Of a DNA stretch of 64,000 nt, positions 61,213-64,000 are shown piece by piece. The notes under the pieces were generated by a model. It did no database searches, was not told the origin of the DNA, and worked only from the letters and a program-made list of their open reading frames with translations. Origin of the DNA: Phaeosaccion multiseriatum (taxonomy: Eukaryota; Protista; Ochrophyta, other classes); NCBI GenBank assembly GCA_965112735.1, contig OZ218953.1, forward strand, positions 3,410,001 to 3,474,000, written 5' to 3'. A program made the position numbers and the translations under genes. Numbering within the stretch: the first letter of the stretch is position 1; each line of letters starts with the position of its first letter.

Positions 61213-62568
61213 TCAACCCAGGCGACGGCGAATGGCGGCAATGGCTGAGCGCCAGAGGGTGAAGAATCCCCCCTCCTTCAACTCAGCAGCCACCTGCTCG
61301 TTGAGCCCCCCCGGGGTGGCGGCGTGCTGGGCCATGTCTCCGAAGGTGTTGCTCTCCGCGTTGAAGTCCGAGCGGGCTTGGCTCGCCAGACAATCAAAGA
61401 ACGATCCCACGAATGTCCCCGCCACCTGAGAGACAGAGAGGGGGAGGGAGAGTCAGAGAGATCGGAGGAGACAGGCAGAGGGCGGGGGGGAGGGCAGAGG
61501 GAGAGTGAATGACAAAGGGAGCGAGGGAGAAGGGGAAAGGGAGGGAGACATAGAGAGTGAGAGAGGGAGAGAGAGCGAGGAAGAGGGACAGACGAAAGGG
61601 AGAGGGGGAGCGAAGGACAGAGCGAGACAGACAGCGAGAGAGGAGAGAGAGGGGGGGAAGGGACAGGGAGAGAGACAAGACAGACCGAGGGAGGGACATA
61701 GAGGCAGACGAAGAGGGGGGGGGGCGCTCACGCACACAAACTTCGCCACATTGACTGAAGAACTGCTCAACGACGGCTCCAGCAGCAAGACTTCTCTGCT
61801 GGCTCCCTCCCTCCGAGACTTACCTCCCTGTTAACTCCCTCTTCGACCGCCCAGTCGGCCGCCCCCGCCTGAAGCTCGTGGAAGGGGCTGATGAGCGCGG
61901 TGAGGCTGATCAGTGGCTTCATTTCTGCCTCTGATTCGCACAGCACGGGCTGCCCGATCCAGTCGAGCACCTCTACCGCTCGCTCCACTCTGGGGATCTA
62001 GGTCGCAAGAGGGGGAGGGGAGGGGAGGGGAGGGGACGGGAGGTCAGTCTCGTGTCTGTCGCGGTCCCCTCAAGGCCTCCTTCGCTCTCACCAGCAGGAT
62101 TGGCCCTCCTCTCCTCGAGCAGGGTGGCAATGGGACGCATCGCGCAATCTGTTCGGGGGGCACCTGGGGAAGCAGCTCTTGGAGCTCAGCGAGCGGCACG
62201 GTGGCCATGTTGGACACCACCGTATGCTCGGCAGTGAAGGAGAGTTCCGGCAGCTGGGTCTTGGCCACGTCCGGAAGCAGGCTCACAAACACCACGCTGG
62301 AGCCGTCCACCACCGCCTGGTTGGAGGCGGCGACGCTCACGAGCGAGGGGTGTAGAGCAGCCAGCTCCTCGGCCCGCTCCTTATTCCTCGGCGATAGCGT
62401 TATATGAGCAGGTTTGCAGCCGCCTTCAGAGCAAAAGCCCCGAACCATCGCCGAGGCAATCTTGCCGCAGCCAACGAACCCGATCCTCACAGGGCTGGCG
62501 CTCATGGTGAAGAAAGCCTCTGCAGGCGCCCTACAGCACACAATCGCGACAAAGAGGAGCCTCAACAT
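61213..62568 (-). CDS. Pyrroline-5-carboxylate reductase-like NAD(P)-binding oxidoreductase, probable plastid presequence (3 exons)
   Basis: IGFVGCGKIASAM, SPRNKERA, SNQAVVD..VVFV and ATPGGLNEQ. Signal peptide ending AEA-F. Confidence 0.82.
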
Positions 62569-63135
62569 GCACACCAGGACACCAAAAGACAGAGGGGGGA
62601 GGGCAATTTATTACGTACCAGGCCGGGGGAGGATATACTGACTCAAGAGGAATCACACATAGGGGGGGGGGGGGAAGAAAAAGGAAAGAGGGATGTCGGG
62701 AGGGATGGGAGGGGAAACATGGATGATGCAGCCAACTGTGATCCTGACTCACCAACTTCTCCTCCTCCTTCCTTCCTTTGTATTTGTCTTCTCCTTTTTT
62801 TCCAATAAAGAAAAAAGCCTACTGATGGAGGAGGTGCTTCCGTGTCTTCATTCTGTGATGTAGTGAGCTTGCTTTTTTTACATGTACTCCATATATGCGT
62901 CTGCTGTTGTGTTCTTAACCTCTCCCGCCCTCCTCGGCTCCTGACAAAGCTCTAGTACCTTCAAAATTGGGACCAGGAACGCAGGCCGGCTGGAGAGACG
63001 GCTAGGACTGATGCCATAGAACCTTGTCAGGGCCCGATCCCCCCCCCCCCGCCCCACAGACTCCTCCCTCACTACATCGCCACCGAGCAGCAGTAGCTCA
63101 GGAAAGAGTTTGGCCAAAGCACCCCAGCCCCACGC

Positions 63136-64000
63136 TCACGCAGTGGAAGATACGCTGACCCGCACCCAGACCTCATTGTGGCGATTGAAGGCAACGAAGG
63201 GGCTATCGTAGCCTAGGAAGACGGAGCCCCACTCGCCTCCAGCGAGCTGCACTCCGTCCCTTTCCAGCAGGGCCAGCAGCTCACTCTTCTTGGCCAAGTA
63301 GTCCGCGTATTTCGCGAATCCGCCAAACTCAATCGCAGCAAAGGTCACGCCCCCTTCGGGGAATGCCGTGATATGTACATTGTCGTCTGTAGGCTCGGGC
63401 ACCGCCTCCCTGGACGCAAAGGAGCTGGGGACAAAGAAGCTCACCAACCAGCCGCTCCCATCGCTGCCTTGCCGAAACAGCACAGGAGAGGTCATGGGGA
63501 TCTTCTCCTGCTTATCGTTGGCACCCGATATGTAACCAAAGTTCTTGTAAAAGCCCTCCTCACCTGTGTATGCCAGCGACAGTCAGTGGGCGCGTGTGAG
63601 AGAGGGGGGGGATGAGGGTAACGAGCGCGTAAGGAGCGCGACAAGTACAGCCGGGAACGGAGGAAGCCAAGATGAATTTTGCATCATCAGTAAACATCCA
63701 TTCCCGAGGCGCACGCTTGCTGAGGCACGGATGAATGGAGAAACGCAATCTTGCAATGTCAATAGACATCCAACCCACACTCAATGTGCACGCTTCTCAC
63801 ATACCCGCGGCGTCAAAGTCTGACGACTCCACCTCGGCACTCGTCCAAAACTGCGGCGCGGATTCTGCGTAGCTCCGGATCTGGTAGCTGCGAGGAGTGA
63901 GCAGGGCGAAGGAAGGGGAGAGAGAGAGGGGCTGTCAGTATTCTGAGAAAGGCGCTTGCCGGGAGGTCGGTAGATGAGGAACTAAAATCATGATGACCTG
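63136..64000 (-). CDS. SOUL/HEBP haem-binding family protein (5' end outside the window)
   Basis: YQIRSY, GFYKNFGYISGAN..KIPMTSPV, VSFFVP..PEPTD, FGGFA and GYDSPF..NRHNEVW. Confidence 0.9.

Overview
Eukaryotic, GC-rich, intron-rich nuclear DNA, most likely from a photosynthetic stramenopile (ochrophyte). Three genes carry signal-peptide plus ASAFAP-type plastid presequences, and a glycolytic PGAM has a mitochondrial-type presequence. Two compact gene-dense flanks surround a ~20-kb island (~16.4-36.4 kb) in which I recognise no intact gene. The left flank (1-16.1 kb) holds a mucin/GPI-type surface protein, a PAP2 phosphatase, a SLAC1-like channel, a PAP/OAS1-type nucleotidyltransferase and a triple somatomedin-B membrane protein. 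The right flank (36.4-64 kb) holds LTV1, an amino-acid transporter, two PPR-like proteins, LPAAT, ASD, PGAM, a CRAL-TRIO protein, a plastid hypothetical protein, a coiled-coil protein, a P5CR-like protein and a SOUL protein. The island contains intron-retaining, decayed fragments of DNA-PKcs and Arp3, a pogo-type transposase relic, a non-LTR endonuclease fragment, a MITE family, 1.4 kb of (GGGA)n and a (TGAGGG)n tract. Its two most striking elements are (i) five consecutive 127-254-bp fold-back palindromes within 2.8 kb and (ii) short LTRs followed by tRNA-Ser complements that run well past the normal 18-nt primer-binding site; one copy reproduces ~38 nt of a mature CCA-ended tRNA-Ser 3' half. 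Gene models were spliced by eye, and family calls rest on remembered motifs, not database searches.
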